A stretch of DNA of 64,000 nucleotides from Chrysomallon squamiferum (GCA_012295275.1 CM022675.1:7130001-7194000), one strand, 5' to 3'; counted from the stretch's first letter, positions 39,661 through 55,374 are shown. Notes: generated from the sequence alone by a model not told the origin. A program made the numbers and translations.

Positions 39661-39989
39661 TTCCTTGTTTTTTTCCTTGTATTTGTGTCTATCTTTCTTT
39701 CTCTTTTCCATATCATTATCTTTTTAATTCAGCCCATTTCTCTCTCTCTCTCTCTCTGTCCCTCTTTATCTTTATCTCTTTCACTTTCTTTCTTTCTGTT
39801 TTTATCTGTCTCTGTCTCATTTTCTATTTGTCTCCATCACTCTCACTGTCTCTCTTTTTCTCTGTCCCTTTATCTCTATCTCTCCATCTTGTCTCTGTCT
39901 CTCTCTCTTTCTCTCTCTCATTCTCTGTCTCATCTCTCTCTCTGTTTCTCTGTTTCTCTCTATATCTCTCTGTCTCATCTCTCTCTCTT

Positions 39990-40022
<33 letters not shown>

Positions 40023-40067
40023 CCCTCTCTCTGTCTCTCTCTCTCTCTCTCCCTCTCTCTGTCTGTA

Positions 40068-40190
<123 letters not shown>

Positions 40191-40677
40191 TTATCATTAT
40201 CTTTCTCTTTCTCTTGTTCTCCATTTTTATTTTTTTCTGTTTCTAACGCTCTCTGCACTGTCTGTTGTCTTTGTTTTATTTTTATTTTTTTTTTCTAATG
40301 TTTTCTTTTTTTGTCTGTTGTCTTTGTTTTATTTTTATTTGTTATTTATTTATAGTCTCCCAGTCACACAGTGCAATCATCATCATCAACCTTCTCACTT
40401 TTATTTTCTAATTTAAAACACATTTTGTTCAGATCACTTTCCACTTGCAGTTAATCTCGAATAACTGTTTTCTGATTACATCTGACGTTGGGATGGTCAT
40501 TAATTCTTTCTTTCTTGCACACATCCCCCCACCCCATCTTATTATCTGATCAGACATTGTAACACAGACATACAAAGGTAGAATTTCTCATGTGTACCAG
40601 AAAAAACAATCAAACTCTCAATTAATACACACACACACACAGTAACATATACAAATATACACATGCACACATACATG

Positions 40678-40723
<46 letters not shown>

Positions 40724-41252
40724 TATACAAATATACACATGCACATATACATGCATACATACATACATACACACATACATACATACACACACAACATACA
40801 TACATACACACATACATACATATACACACACATACACACATATATACATACATACACACATACATACATACACACTCACATACATACACACACAACATAC
40901 ATACACACATACATACATACACACACACATACACACATATATACATACATACACACATACATACATACATACACACACATACATACACACACACATACTT
41001 ACACACACACATACATACTTACACACATCCATATGTTTCATATATTTCTCAGTTTGATAGAAAACCAAAGAATTCCTTACATAAAATGAAAAGCCAAAAT
41101 TCTTTGTTCACTGCATGAAACAGAATCAAACACTTCAGAAACAAAGACCTTGCCAGAAAACTGCATTGCAAAGAATCTTTTTTTTTTTCTATCATTTTTC
41201 TTATTTTCTTCTCTCTTTCTTCCTGTATTTTTAAAATAAACTATTTTTTTTT

Positions 41253-41283
<31 letters not shown>

Positions 41284-41339
41284 TTTTATTTTATTTTATT
41301 TTTATTTTATTATTATTGTTGTTGTTGTTGTTGTTGTTG

Positions 41340-41880
41340 TTATTCTTAATCTCTTGCAGAACTGAGAACTGAAAGGTTATAAGATCAATTCTTGCAGTCT
41401 AATTAAAATAACTGGGAATATGAGAACTGAAAACGTAAAAGAGTTCTTACTGCTGTTTTGCATATTGGAAATATTGAAAAGATCCCTTTCTGCTACATTG
41501 TGAAATTATGGATGTAAAAATATCTGAAAAAAGGATAACATATGATTTAGTCAGTGGGTTGTAAAAGATTCCTTGATGATATCTTGTCACATTGACAGGT
41601 TATATATAAAAATATCCTTTGCTGCTGTATTATCACTGAAAGGTTACACATAAAAGAAATCTTGCTGTGTTTTTTTTTGGTGTTTTTTTAGCATTTGCAG
41701 TTAAAAGTGCTCTTGCTGCAGTATGGTAAAGGCAGAATTTGTAAAATATCATTCAGCTTCTAGTCCATGAAAGAATACTTGAGACTGGTTTGTGTAAAAG
41801 ATTTTCTCTGTGGTCAGTGGAAAAGAGTTCTTGCTGTTGTCTGTGCTTGTATAATTGATAACCCTTTAGGCACTTTTTGC
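41340..41880. repeat. Highly degenerate ~55-60 bp tandem repeat
   Basis: Recurrent aaaaga.ttcttgctg and actgaaaggtta segments. Confidence 0.5.
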
Positions 41881-42180
41881 AACCTACATACATACATACA
41901 TACATACATACATACATACATACATACACACACACATATACACACACACATACACACACACACATACACACACACATACACACACACACATACACACACA
42001 TACACACACACATACACACACATACACACACACATACACACAGCAGGGTTAAATATAGGTAATTATTGCCCAGATTACCTGATACTGAAATAATATTTGT
42101 TGTTCTGAAATTTGACATTGAAAGAGTTAAAGATATTTTCATGAAAAGAAAATAATAATAACAGTAACAACAACAACAAC

Positions 42181-42226
<46 letters not shown>

Positions 42227-44953
42227 CTTCTTCTTCTTCTTCTTCTTCTTTTTTTTCTTCTTCTTCTTCTTAGTATTATTATCATCATTAGTACTGTACT
42301 GTTATAACACCAACAACAATAACAACAATAATAAAAATAACAATAAGAACAACAATCACAGAAGGATACATAAATAAAGAAAAGATAAATAAAAAAAAAA
42401 AAAGAAGAAGATACAGGTAAACTTCAAAGATGTGAGAAACTCAGGTAAGCAGGTAACCGTTCCACTTCACCTGTTTCATATCACCTTTGACTTTACAGGT
42501 GATCATAAAACTATCTCACCTGTATCACTTGAAAATGACAGGTAGAGAGGTTTATTGGTGTCCTATCTAACAGGTAAAAATCTTATCTTGCAGGTTATGT
42601 ACCTTTTTATGGGCAACATCTTAATTTTAACCTGCAGTGCACCTTTACAGAGATAAAATTATTATGTTAACTTGCTGTATATCTTAATAATAAAACTTTT
42701 TTATTTTATTTTATAGTATAACTTCATACAGGTAACATATTGACTTATATTTTCAATACAGAGAAAGAGAGAGTGAGAGAGAGTGAGAGAGGTAATGTAT
42801 TTATCTTTTGATATACAGGTAATATAAAGAATTAAAGAAGAGCTTTATAAGATAACATGTTTACCTTAATTAACAGTATAGCTCCTTAGAGGTAACAAAC
42901 ATAGTATTTATCTTTTGGTATACATTTTTGCAGGTAATAGGACTTTTAAACTTAAAGAATATCTTTATACATATTTACCTTAATTTACAATATAGGTAAT
43001 ATTTCTTTCTTTTGGTGAATATTTATTCAGGTAATATTTTAAACTTAAGAATACCTTTATACAGATCATATACTTATCTTAACTTACTGTAAGTTTATAT
43101 ATGAGTAACAATTCTTACTTACTTACACCTTTTTTTATTTTTAATTTATGTATAGCTTTATGGAAACAAAAAGTTTACATTTTTCTTTTGCATTACACAG
43201 AATCTTTATAGTTTGTACAGGTAAAATATTAATCTTTCAAATTCTATTCTATTTCTTTTATTTTCTGTATTTCCACATTGAGAATCTCTCTTTTTCTCTC
43301 TATCTCTGTCTTTCTCTCTCTGTGTCTGTCTTTATGTCTCTCTCTCAGTCTGTCTGTCTGACTGTCTCTTTCAGTCTCTCTCAGTCTGTCTGTCTGCCTC
43401 TCTCTCCTCAGTATACATAGTTAATTTTAATTTATTTTTTTTCTTCTATTTGTTCATCTCATTATATTTCTGAATATATTTTTGGTATTGTCTGAATGTC
43501 TGTCTGTTTAATTCTATCTTTGCCTCTTTCTCTTTTTTTCCTATTTCTCTTTTTGTCTGTTTCTTTTCCTTTCACTCTCATTTTATTATTTCATTCGTCA
43601 TCTTTCTCTTTCATTTTCTTTGCCTTTTTCCGTCTGTCTGACTGTCTTTCTTTACCTGTGTCTGTCTTTATATCTCTCTCAGTCTCTCTCTCTGTCTGAC
43701 TGAAGCTTTCAGTCTCTCTCTTCTCTCTGTCTCTCTCACTGTCTGTCTCTCTCTGTCTGACTGTCTGCCTCTCTCTGTCTCTCGCAGTCTCTCATTGTCT
43801 GTCTCTCTGTCTCTCTGTGTCTCTCTCACTGTCTCTATCACTGCCTTTCTGTCTGACTCTCTCTGTCTCGCTGTCTCTCTCACTGTCTGTGTCTCTCCGT
43901 CTGACTGTCTGCCTCTCTCTGTCTCTCACAGTCTCTCATTGTCTGTCTCTCTGACTGTCTGCCTCTTTCGCAGTCTCTCTCTGCCTGACTATCTGTCTCT
44001 CTCATTCTCTCTCACTGTCTGTCTGTCTGTCTCTTTCTTTACATCTCTTTCTGTCTCACTATCTCTCTCTCATTCCACTCTCTAAATGCTTTCTCCTCCC
44101 TCTCTCTATCTTTTCTTCAAACACACACTCTTTCTTTCTTACTTTCTTACTCTCTTTCTCTCTTTCTCTCTCTTTCCCTCTCTCTCTCTTTAACACAGGT
44201 TCTCTCTGTATCAGGACAATACCCATTACGTGGACTTATCTTCAGTTGTAAAAACGTAATCAGTTCCAGCCTCCTGGTTTTATTTTCTTATTTGAAACCC
44301 ATTTCACTGAGATTTCGTCTGTGTGCGCTTGATGTCTGGTGACTGTTTTCTGATCAGGGCTGATTGAAGATTGTGTAAAGGATTTTCTCTTTCTTTTCTT
44401 TTCTTTTCTCTGTTATGGTTTAAATCTCTTCTTATAGATCTTTGTTTTTAATCTGTAGATTGCTAGGTTTTCTCTCGTTCTGTTCATATATACACAGACA
44501 TACAAGCACACATACATGCACACACACACACATACATACATACATACAAACATACATACAAACATACATATACACATACATATATACATACATACATATA
44601 TATACATACATACAGAAACATAGAGAGTACATATATATATATCTATACATACATATACATATTACATACCCACATACACACACACACAGACACACACACA
44701 TACATATACACACACAGATAGAGACTTATTTGTGTATAGATGAACGAATATAGAGTATATACATATAGGCATACTTATAGCTTTGACAATTCATAAATAT
44801 GTACACATCCAATAAACTGTACCATAAAAATACTATGACACACATACACATACATCACACACAGCCACACAAAACAAAATACTCCCAAAACATTCACTAG
44901 AGATAGATAGTAAGAGAGAGCAAAACTTAAAATATAAACACCCAAAGACACAC

Positions 44954-44986
<33 letters not shown>

Positions 44987-45072
44987 GAAAAATACAGAAA
45001 TAGAGAGATATATACAAAGGGTGACAGAGACAGAGAAATATATATATATGTATATGACTGCCTATATATCAA

Positions 45073-45208
<136 letters not shown>

Positions 45209-45773
45209 CAGAGAAACAGAGAGTGAGAGAGAGAGATGTTCTTAACATTTTAACCCTTCATCTCCCCCTCCCTCCCTTCTCCTCAGCTGTTTTTGCCACT
45301 AACACACAAACGTCAATCATCCAGTGTTTAATCTTCACTCATAAACCAAACACAAGTTTCTCTTTTCTCTTTTACACACTCTTCCACTGCCAGATCCTGT
45401 CAGAAACCCCTGAATTACAACACCTGTCTACAGTGGACAATTAAAGTCACCATGTTGTTAGGTTCTAATGATGACAATAATGATTATGATGATGATGATG
45501 ATGATGAAGATGGTGTTGGTGTTGGTTAGGGCATGTTTAACTACTGGAGATAAAAATATCTTTAATTGTGTTCAGTGTTTAAGTTTTTATAATTTATGTT
45601 TAAATATTGGTTAAATACTTAAATACTTACATACATGCAAAAACATACACAGATATCTTGCACATATATACACACTCACACACACACACGCACACACACA
45701 CACACACACACATGCACACACACACATGCACACACACACACATGCACACACACACACATGCACACACACACAT

Positions 45774-45875
<102 letters not shown>

Positions 45876-46223
45876 ACACATGAACACACACATGCACACA
45901 CACACACACATGCACACATACATACACAGTCACATACACCCTCATCCTTGCACACACACACACATGGAAACATACACACATGGACACACACACATGCACA
46001 CACACATGCACACACACACATACACACACACATGCATACACACACATGCACACACACATATGCACACACACATGCACACACATACTCACACACATGCACA
46101 CACACACATACACACACACATGCACACACATGCACACACACATGCACACACACATACACCCTCATTCTTGCACACACTCACACCTCATACACTCACACAT
46201 GCACACACACACTCACACACACA

Positions 46224-46271
<48 letters not shown>

Positions 46272-49061
46272 CACACACACATGCACACACACACACACAC
46301 ACACACACATGCACACACACACATGCACACACACACATGCACACACACACACATGCACACACATGCACACACACCTCATAAAACCAGGCATCAAAATTTC
46401 ATTTCAGACACAGGTGTGTTTTTTGTTCTAAAACACCTTTGATTACTTTCACCTGTACTTTCTTTTACCTGTTACCTCTCTCTGAAATACTGTTTATCTA
46501 TAAACACAGGTGTAGATAACATCTCCTATGGTAATTTGTATCACTTTGTTTTTACAAATCACCTGAGATTTTTACCTGTCAGACACAATAACATCTCAGC
46601 CAGGTGTCTCTCAGGTAATCTGCAAAGATTAATTGTTGATTACTTAGTTTCCCGAAGTTTCAGTTTGTTTTTTTAAATTACCATTTTTTTTTAGTAGTTA
46701 CCTGTTAAGGAAATTAATTTATGTCATGTAATATTGAACTATTATTTTTTGCAATATTTTTTTTGGATTAAATTTGTTTACTGTTATATAATTATAGCTA
46801 TGATTTTTTACTTTATTTTTCAAAAGTGTTTGAAGAAATCAATTTTTAAATATTCTGTCTGTTTAAAGAGTTTGTGATAGACAGAAACACTTCAGCATCA
46901 TAATAATGGTTGTGATCGTAACAACAGTAACAGCAACTACAACAATGTTAATAATAATAATAATAATAACAACAACAACAACAACAACAACAAAAATAAT
47001 AATAATAACAACAATAACAATAATAATTACAGTAATAGTAATAATAAAAGTAGTAGTTGTTGTAATAATTATAATAATCATAAAAATAATAAGCCAAAAC
47101 AATAATTAAAATAAAATAATAAAAAATTTAATTAAATTTTTAAATACATCAAAACATAATAAAAAAACAAACAAACACAGACTATACAAATAAAGAAATA
47201 AATAATCGAAGAAAGAAAGAAAAAAATATAAATAAATAACTAACAAATACAGAAATAAAACAAAACAGATAACCATTATAAATTAACAAATAATTATAAA
47301 AAAAATAATAATAATAATAAACACCCCTCCAAATCAACTAATTAGCAAATAAAGTAGAACAACATAAGAAATAATACAACTAGAAATAATAATAATTTTT
47401 ATTATTATTATTTTTTTTTTCTTCAAAAAACTGCAACCTCTATCACTAAGTTTTTTTTGTCTTAATTTTATTTATTCTGCACTAAATGTCAGTTCCTGAT
47501 GGCAGATTTAGTCAATAAATGAATTTATCTTTGAATACAGGGACAAACAATGAACTGTTGGTTATCCTCAGAGGAGTGGGGGGGACTTGTTAGAATTGGA
47601 AAAAAATGCCAGGGGACTGATTAGTTATGAAAGATAAATAAAGTTTGTCTGGGTTGTGAATATGTAGAGTTCTGGTTTTTGCTTGGTTTTTGTTTTTTGT
47701 TGGTTAACTTATTATTATTATTTTATTTTATTTTATTTTTTTTTGGTTGATCTGTTGTTTGTTTGTTTATTTTATTTATTTATATATGTGTCTATCCACT
47801 GTTGTTTTTTTTTTTTTTTTAAATATATTATTTATATATTTATTTATTTATTTATTTATTTTTTTATATTTTTTTATTTATTTATTGTCTATTATTTATT
47901 TATTTTTTGTTTATTTTTTATTTATTTATGTTTTTGAAAATGTATTTATACTTATATTTTATTTTTTAATGTATTCATTTCTATATTTATTTATTTATTA
48001 TTATTTTTCATTTAATTTTTTTTTCTTGTTTTTAATGAATTTGTCCATTTACATAATTTACTTATTATGTTTGTCTGCCTCTTTATCTATCTGATTAAAT
48101 TTTAAAAAAAAATTGTTTATTTATATTTATTTTATTTATTCTTTATTGCTATAACACATACACACATGATATTAAAAAAATATATATAGAGAAAAAAACT
48201 TCTCAAAACTGAATTCTTATTAAATTGGAATTCCACCAAATACTGCAGTTTTATGATTTATTCAGTACTGAAATGTAAACCTCAGTAATCAAAACACCTC
48301 TCCAAACCAAACTTTTTTACCTTGATCATGTAAATATTTGTTTTTCAGGAAATTTCACAGTATAAATTTATACATTTAACATAGGTTGAACATTCCTGAA
48401 ATAATATAGGTGTATTAAATAATATTTTAGAGGTCATACAATTGTAAAACATTTGGTTTAACATAGATACTGTTATATTTTCGGGCGTAAACTAAACTAA
48501 AGCAACTATAGGTTTTTTGCTCTAGCCAAATAACAGCTACTAACTATAATGAATAATAAAGATTTTTATTTATTTATTTTATTTTATTTATTTTGATATT
48601 ACAAAATTTTTAAATTCTGTGGCTAGGGAAATATGTTTAAACCTCTCTTATTTCAGAAAATTAACTAAAATAGATATCTTTAATGATTATTATTTGTCTG
48701 AAAGAGTATAATATTGTGATAGGAAGGTGTTGGTTTTGGGTAAAGGGAGACAAATCCAACGACCTTATTTCTCCGAAGTTCATAAATTAAAAAGTTATAT
48801 CATTTTTGTTTTCTCTTTCATTCTATTTTTTTTCTTTTGTTCTTTATATTTTGAAAAATAAACATATTAAATAAATAAATTAAAATAATTTTATAGCTGC
48901 ATCCTAATTATTAAAGGAAAAATAAAAAAAAAAAAAAAAAAAAAAAACTTATAAATTTCTTAAATATGTTCATTGGTTTTAACTCACACAGACACACATA
49001 CCCACACAGACACACAGATATACACACACACACACACATGCATACACACACACACACACAT

Positions 49062-49105
<44 letters not shown>

Positions 49106-49378
49106 TTCAATATGTACAAAACACATAACTATAATAAGCCGCTATGAAGGTTTGACCCTGTTGCCTGTAACACAAAGACTCTGCCTGTGGTATTTCTGTG
49201 AGTCACCTGACACACAGGTGAGTTATTGTCTGTCCTTCTTTCTTTTTGCCTTTCATTGTGTCAACTTCAAAAGACTGTCAAGAATGCACATAGTTTTACA
49301 GTGTGTAACATTGTGCATCAATGTATCACAGTCGTTTGCGTAGGAAGATTTTTGTATTTGACTTTGTGTCTGAATATT

Positions 49379-49413
<35 letters not shown>

Positions 49414-49656
49414 TGTGTGTGTGCATAAATATATATGCATATGCATGTGTGTGTGTATATGCATTTGTGTATGTTCATATGTGTGTGTGTATCTGTAGGT
49501 ATGTGTGTGTGTGTGTGTGTGTGTGTGTATAAGAACATTCCTATGTACATATCATTGTACAAACACATATATGTAAATATATATTTACAGTTGCACCTAC
49601 CCATAAATGCATACATACATAAATATATTCATACATACATACATACATACATACAT

Positions 49657-49695
<39 letters not shown>

Positions 49696-52336
49696 CTCAC
49701 ACACACACACATATATATATATACATACATACATGCAGGCACATACTCTATTTACATATTTATATACATACATACATACATACACACATATATATATACA
49801 CATACAGACATGCATGTAGTGATGTATACACACAAACACACACACATACATACTTTATTAACATATTTATATACATACATACATACATAATATAGACATA
49901 TATCCACAATTAATATATCTATATAGATGTACACAATGGCATATAAGTGTGTATTTATTTTTACCTATACCTGTCTGGTATCACTAATTAATACAGTGTA
50001 CTAATTGTCCTAACGTTGTTTATCTGTCTACCTGATCATTTCAGTACTAAATGAACTGTTTGTTATGGATCAAAAGAAAAAATTACAGGTATTATAGTGT
50101 GTCGTTAGCAAAGGTAACTATATACCTGGATAAAAATACAACAATTACTTAACAATAGAGTTTTCTTTGATCTTGAAATGAAGTGGCCATTTTTTTAAAA
50201 AATTTATGTGTGCAATATGATGATATATTAATAATAATAATAATAGTATATATAGATAGATACATACATACATACATACCTATGTACATATATATTGCTT
50301 ATGTATATAATGTGATGATATATTATTAATAATAATTATATATATATGTGCGTGTGTGTGTGTGTGTGTGTGTGTATGTACATATACATATATATGTGTG
50401 TGTAGTATGTATGTTGTATATCTAGTATGTAAGTATGTATGTATGTATGTATGTATGTATGTATGTATGTGTATGTGTGTGTATGTGTGTGTATCTATCA
50501 TTGTTTTATATATGTATTAGTGTTTTAATAAACATTAACACAGTATCACATATTATTAGTATTATTTTATTATTATTGTTGTTGTTGTTGTTGTTGTTGT
50601 TGATACTTATCTCTCTTCATTTTTTTTTACCCCACTTCCCACATTTCTCAATTCAAACACCCCCTCTCTCAGTAACATTTCTTTCATCTTTTTTTTTTTT
50701 TAATTTTATTTATTTTATTTATTTCTCTTTTCCAACTCAGCTGTAAGTTTCATTCAACCAAAGACTTCTCCAGACTCTTTTTTTCTTTCTTTTTTTCTTG
50801 TTTTTTTATGTAGTTTTCCCACACATAATTTATTGGTGATAAAAATTCTTTACAGAAATTCACGTGACTCTCTGGTTGTCCTGTGTGTATATCGAAGTAG
50901 ATAATGAACATATCATACAAGCCATATCAAACAGGTCAAATACATGCTCTTCTCTTTAAAACACATTTACGAGTGCTCGGGGACAGGGGGGGAGGATTAA
51001 TGACAGGCAGAATGGGGGGGTGTGTGTGTGTGTGTGTGTGGGGAGGTGAGGATGAAGGGGGAGTGTTGGAGGGAATGTGGATGAAGGGGACGGTTTGGAT
51101 AATAGGAATCGCTATGACGAATGGATGTTATATGGGGTGTCTTTTTAATAGTTTATGACTACTTACTTTAATAACTGTTGGCGGGGTAGGGAAAGGGTGT
51201 GGTTGATGGGGTGGGGTGAGGTGTGGGCGTTGATGGACTGACTGTGGGGGGGGTTTTGCTCTTTATTGGTTTTCTCGAGTGCTGACGTTAATGTCAGGAG
51301 GAATGGGGGAGGGGTTGGTGATGGGGGGGCTGTGTGTGTGGGTGGGGGGGCTGAGTTCTTCTGCGGTTTATGACTCTGAGTGTTAATGATAGTAACAGGG
51401 GTGGGAGTTTATGATGGGACATTATGCGGGCGTGTCTCCTCAATGGCTATAACTGCTGGTGTTAAAGATAAAATGAAGGAATGATGGTGGGTTGTGCAGG
51501 ATGGGGGGGGGGCTGCTGGGTTGGCTCCATAATGGATAATATCCACAAATGTTAATAAACAATAATGATACAGGGACTTTTTGGATACAGAGAAATTTTG
51601 GAAAGTGTGCCTTTAATAAGTAATAACTTTCAACATTAATGACAATATACTAAATGTAAATTAAGACATAAAGGCAAAGTAGTATACAAATTACAATAAA
51701 TTATATTAATATAATTATAAAATTTGATTTATGATACCACAGTATTAACCAAAAAATTATTTAAACCAGACAAGTGACCTTTAATTTTATCTAATTAATG
51801 TGAATTAATGTAAATTCAGTGAAGGTAAACCCTGATAATGTAAAATATTTCTGCAGAATTTTATGAATTTCAGAAATGAATGCAGTTAATATTTTTCATC
51901 TGTTTCATGCAAACACTCTGAGAGAATCTGTATAAACTTTTTTTTTTTTTGATAAACAGAGGATACTGACACAAACCAATGAGTTCATGGGAGGTTACAG
52001 TGGGTGTAAACAAAGGGGCGGGTCTAGGTGTGGTGGGGGGGGTGGGGTGGGTGGAGTTAGCTGAGAACATCCTGTGTGGTAAGGATGAAGTCATCATTAG
52101 AAGAAGTCTGTGTCCATATTTTTTTTACTGGGTTATGTGAAATGTCGTGTTTGGTTTATACACCGAAAGGTTTGATGGAGAGAAAGAAGGAGGAGGAGAA
52201 AGGAAGAAAAGATGGAAGAGAGAAGAAAGGAGAGTGTGAGTAAGGGTGGATGAAAGAATGAAAGATTAAAAGAGTGAAAGAGAGAAAGAATGAAAGATAT
52301 AGTTAGAGTGAAAGAAAGAAATAGATCAAGAAATAG

Positions 52337-52414
<78 letters not shown>

Positions 52415-53573
52415 AAAGAAACAATGAGAGAAAGAAAGACAGATAGAAAGAGGGAGAGGAGAAGGGAAGAGAAAGTAAAAGAGAATCAAAAAGAAAGAAA
52501 AACAAAGAGATAATATTTATATCTTCACTATCAATGAAGCTTCTATTTCTTTCATGCTGGTAAATTTGGTACCTGCTACTGCCTGGCATCCCCCCTCCTA
52601 TAATAATTAGTGGACCCACCCCTGAAACAGGTTGTAAAAGGAAAAAATAAAAGGAAAGAAAATGTCTTAGTTTTAAACAGATGTGTGCTTGAGTTAAAGG
52701 AAATAATAAATTTCTGTTTATATGTACTTAGGAGAATGTGTCTTTCATTTTGCTTCTTCTGTTTTAAATCTCACCCTTTTTTGGTTGCACTACGTTTATT
52801 GTGAGTTTGTGTGTGGGCGTTCGTTTGTTTATTTCTTTTGTTTTAGGGGGTAAAGGGTGTTTGTTTGTTTGTTTGTTTGTGTTTGTTTGTGTTTGTTTGT
52901 TTGTTTGTGTTTGTTTGTGTTTGCAAAGGTTTTGTATGAGTGTCTGAATGACGGTGATTTTAAAAAAGTTATAGAATGATAGCCAGAAAGATAGCTAGAT
53001 AGAGAGACAGACTGAACAAAATGAAGGAGATTGATAAAGTATGGAGTAAGAAAATCAGAGAGAGTGAAAGATAGATAAACAATGAAAGAAAGATAAATAG
53101 AGAAACAAATATGGTATTAGAGAGAATGAAAGAAGAAGAAAATCAGAAAAAGATGAACAAAAAGATAAAAAGAAAGAAGGAAAGAAAAAGAGAGAAATAT
53201 TTGATGAAAGAAAAAGAAAGTCATATTAAAGAGATGGAATGACAGAAGGAAAGAAAGAAAGAAAGTGAGAGGCAGATATTAAGAATGAGTGAAAGAAAGA
53301 GAGGGAGAGAAAAAATTGAAACAACACAGTGAGAGAGAGATTGAGAAAGAGAAAAAAAGGACAAAAAATAGAGAGAGAGAGAAGGAGAAATACACAGAGA
53401 GACCACTTTAAGCAAGATAAATAGATAAGAAAAATAAAGAAAGATTATATTTACAGCTGCTAATGTTACAAGGAAAGAAGAAAATGTTTTAAAAGCGAAA
53501 AGCAGATTATTTTTTTTTCTTCTACTGATAAAATCTTTCTGTTGGTATAATTTATGTCAAGAGAAATTTGACT

Positions 53574-53608
<35 letters not shown>

Positions 53609-53719
53609 ACTTGTTCCATTTTTTTTTGTGTTGGAAGAATCCTAAATGCAGAAAACAATGGCTTCCTTTGTTTTTCCTTTTCAGTTTTATTTTTTTTATA
53701 ATTTTTTTCTCTTCTTTCC

Positions 53720-53763
<44 letters not shown>

Positions 53764-53819
53764 AGGAAAACATTGTTTTACAAAGTTTAAGGAAAAATGT
53801 ACAAAGTGAAAAAAAAAAG

Positions 53820-53851
<32 letters not shown>

Positions 53852-54839
53852 TATGGTTATCTTGCACTAATTTATTTTCCAGTTATGTTCACATTGAATT
53901 AATAATTTTTTTTATTACTTCATAATTTCTTCTTCTTCTTCTTTAATAATAATAATAATAATAATAATAAAATAAAATAAAAAGAGAATATGAAAATATA
54001 ACATTGTGTACAATCGCAGTTTGAAAAAGGAATAACTATTATATAATAATTATAACAAAATAATTATAACAAAAACTATAAATAAGGAAAAATAAACAAA
54101 TAAATAAATTATATAATTAACAAATTAATATAAACAAACACAAACCATTAAACAAATTAAATAAATATATATAAAACAAACCTCCACCCCCCCAAAAAAA
54201 ACACAAAAAAAAACCACCAGCAAGTCAGAACTAATTTTAGTTCAAAAACACAATTAATTAATAAAGACAAATTTGGACGTTTCCCAAATACATACATTCG
54301 GAGTTACCTGACTTGATCAGAACTCTTCAGAATTTCTCGCATTCGTTCTGACGTTTCAGTGCTTGACCTCGAGGTCACAAATAGATTACAAAGTGGAACA
54401 AAGGAATCTGGTGTCAGACAAAATGGATACAAACACAGTCTGGCTTTGTCTTACGTCATTACAGTCTTAACTCTTTTAACTGACACCTGCTAGCAAACTA
54501 AAAAAAAATAAAAAATACATGTCTGTACAGTTCAGAGTTGTTTGTTTGTCTGTCCATGTATTCATTCATTTATCCATCCATCCATTAGTCCATCTCTCTA
54601 TCCATCCATTTATCCAGTTACTCATAAGTCTATTTTGTTGAAGAGTATATCATTTTTTTTAAATATGTTTCTTTTTATGTGTTATCTTGTTTGTCTGTAC
54701 AGGTCTCTATCTGTATGTATGTCTGTCCATCTATCTGTCCCAGTGTTTCTCTGTCTGTCTGTCTCTATCTCTCTCTATATCTGTCTGTCTGTCTGTCTAT
54801 CTCTCTGTCTGCCTGCCTATCTATCTATCCATGTGTTTC

Positions 54840-54870
<31 letters not shown>

Positions 54871-55374
54871 GTCTGTCTGCCTGCCTATCTATCTATCCAT
54901 GTGTTTCTCTGTCTGTCTCTCTCTGTCTGTCTGCCTTTCTGTCTGTCTATCTGTCTTCCTGTCTGTCTCTCTCTGTCTCTCTATCTGTGTGTGTGCATGC
55001 TAGAGAGAAAAAAATATACTGTGTTAGTCTGTCTGCCCACATCGCCATCAGTCTGTCTGTCTACCTATTTATCTGTATGTCCATGTGTTTCTCTATCTGT
55101 CTCTCTCTGTCTCTCTATATATATCTGTCTGTTTGTCTGCCAATCTATCTGTACTGTGTTTCTCTGTCTGTCTGTCTATATCTATCTTTCTGTCTGTCTG
55201 TCTGCCTATCTATCTATCCATGTGTTTCTCTGTCTGTCTGTCTGTCTTCCTATCCATGTGTTTTTCTGTCTGTCTCTCTCTGTCTCTCTATCTCTGTGTG
55301 TATGCATGCTAGAGACAGAGAGAAATATATTGTGTTTGTCTGTCTGTCTTCTATCTATCTGTATATCTGTCTAC

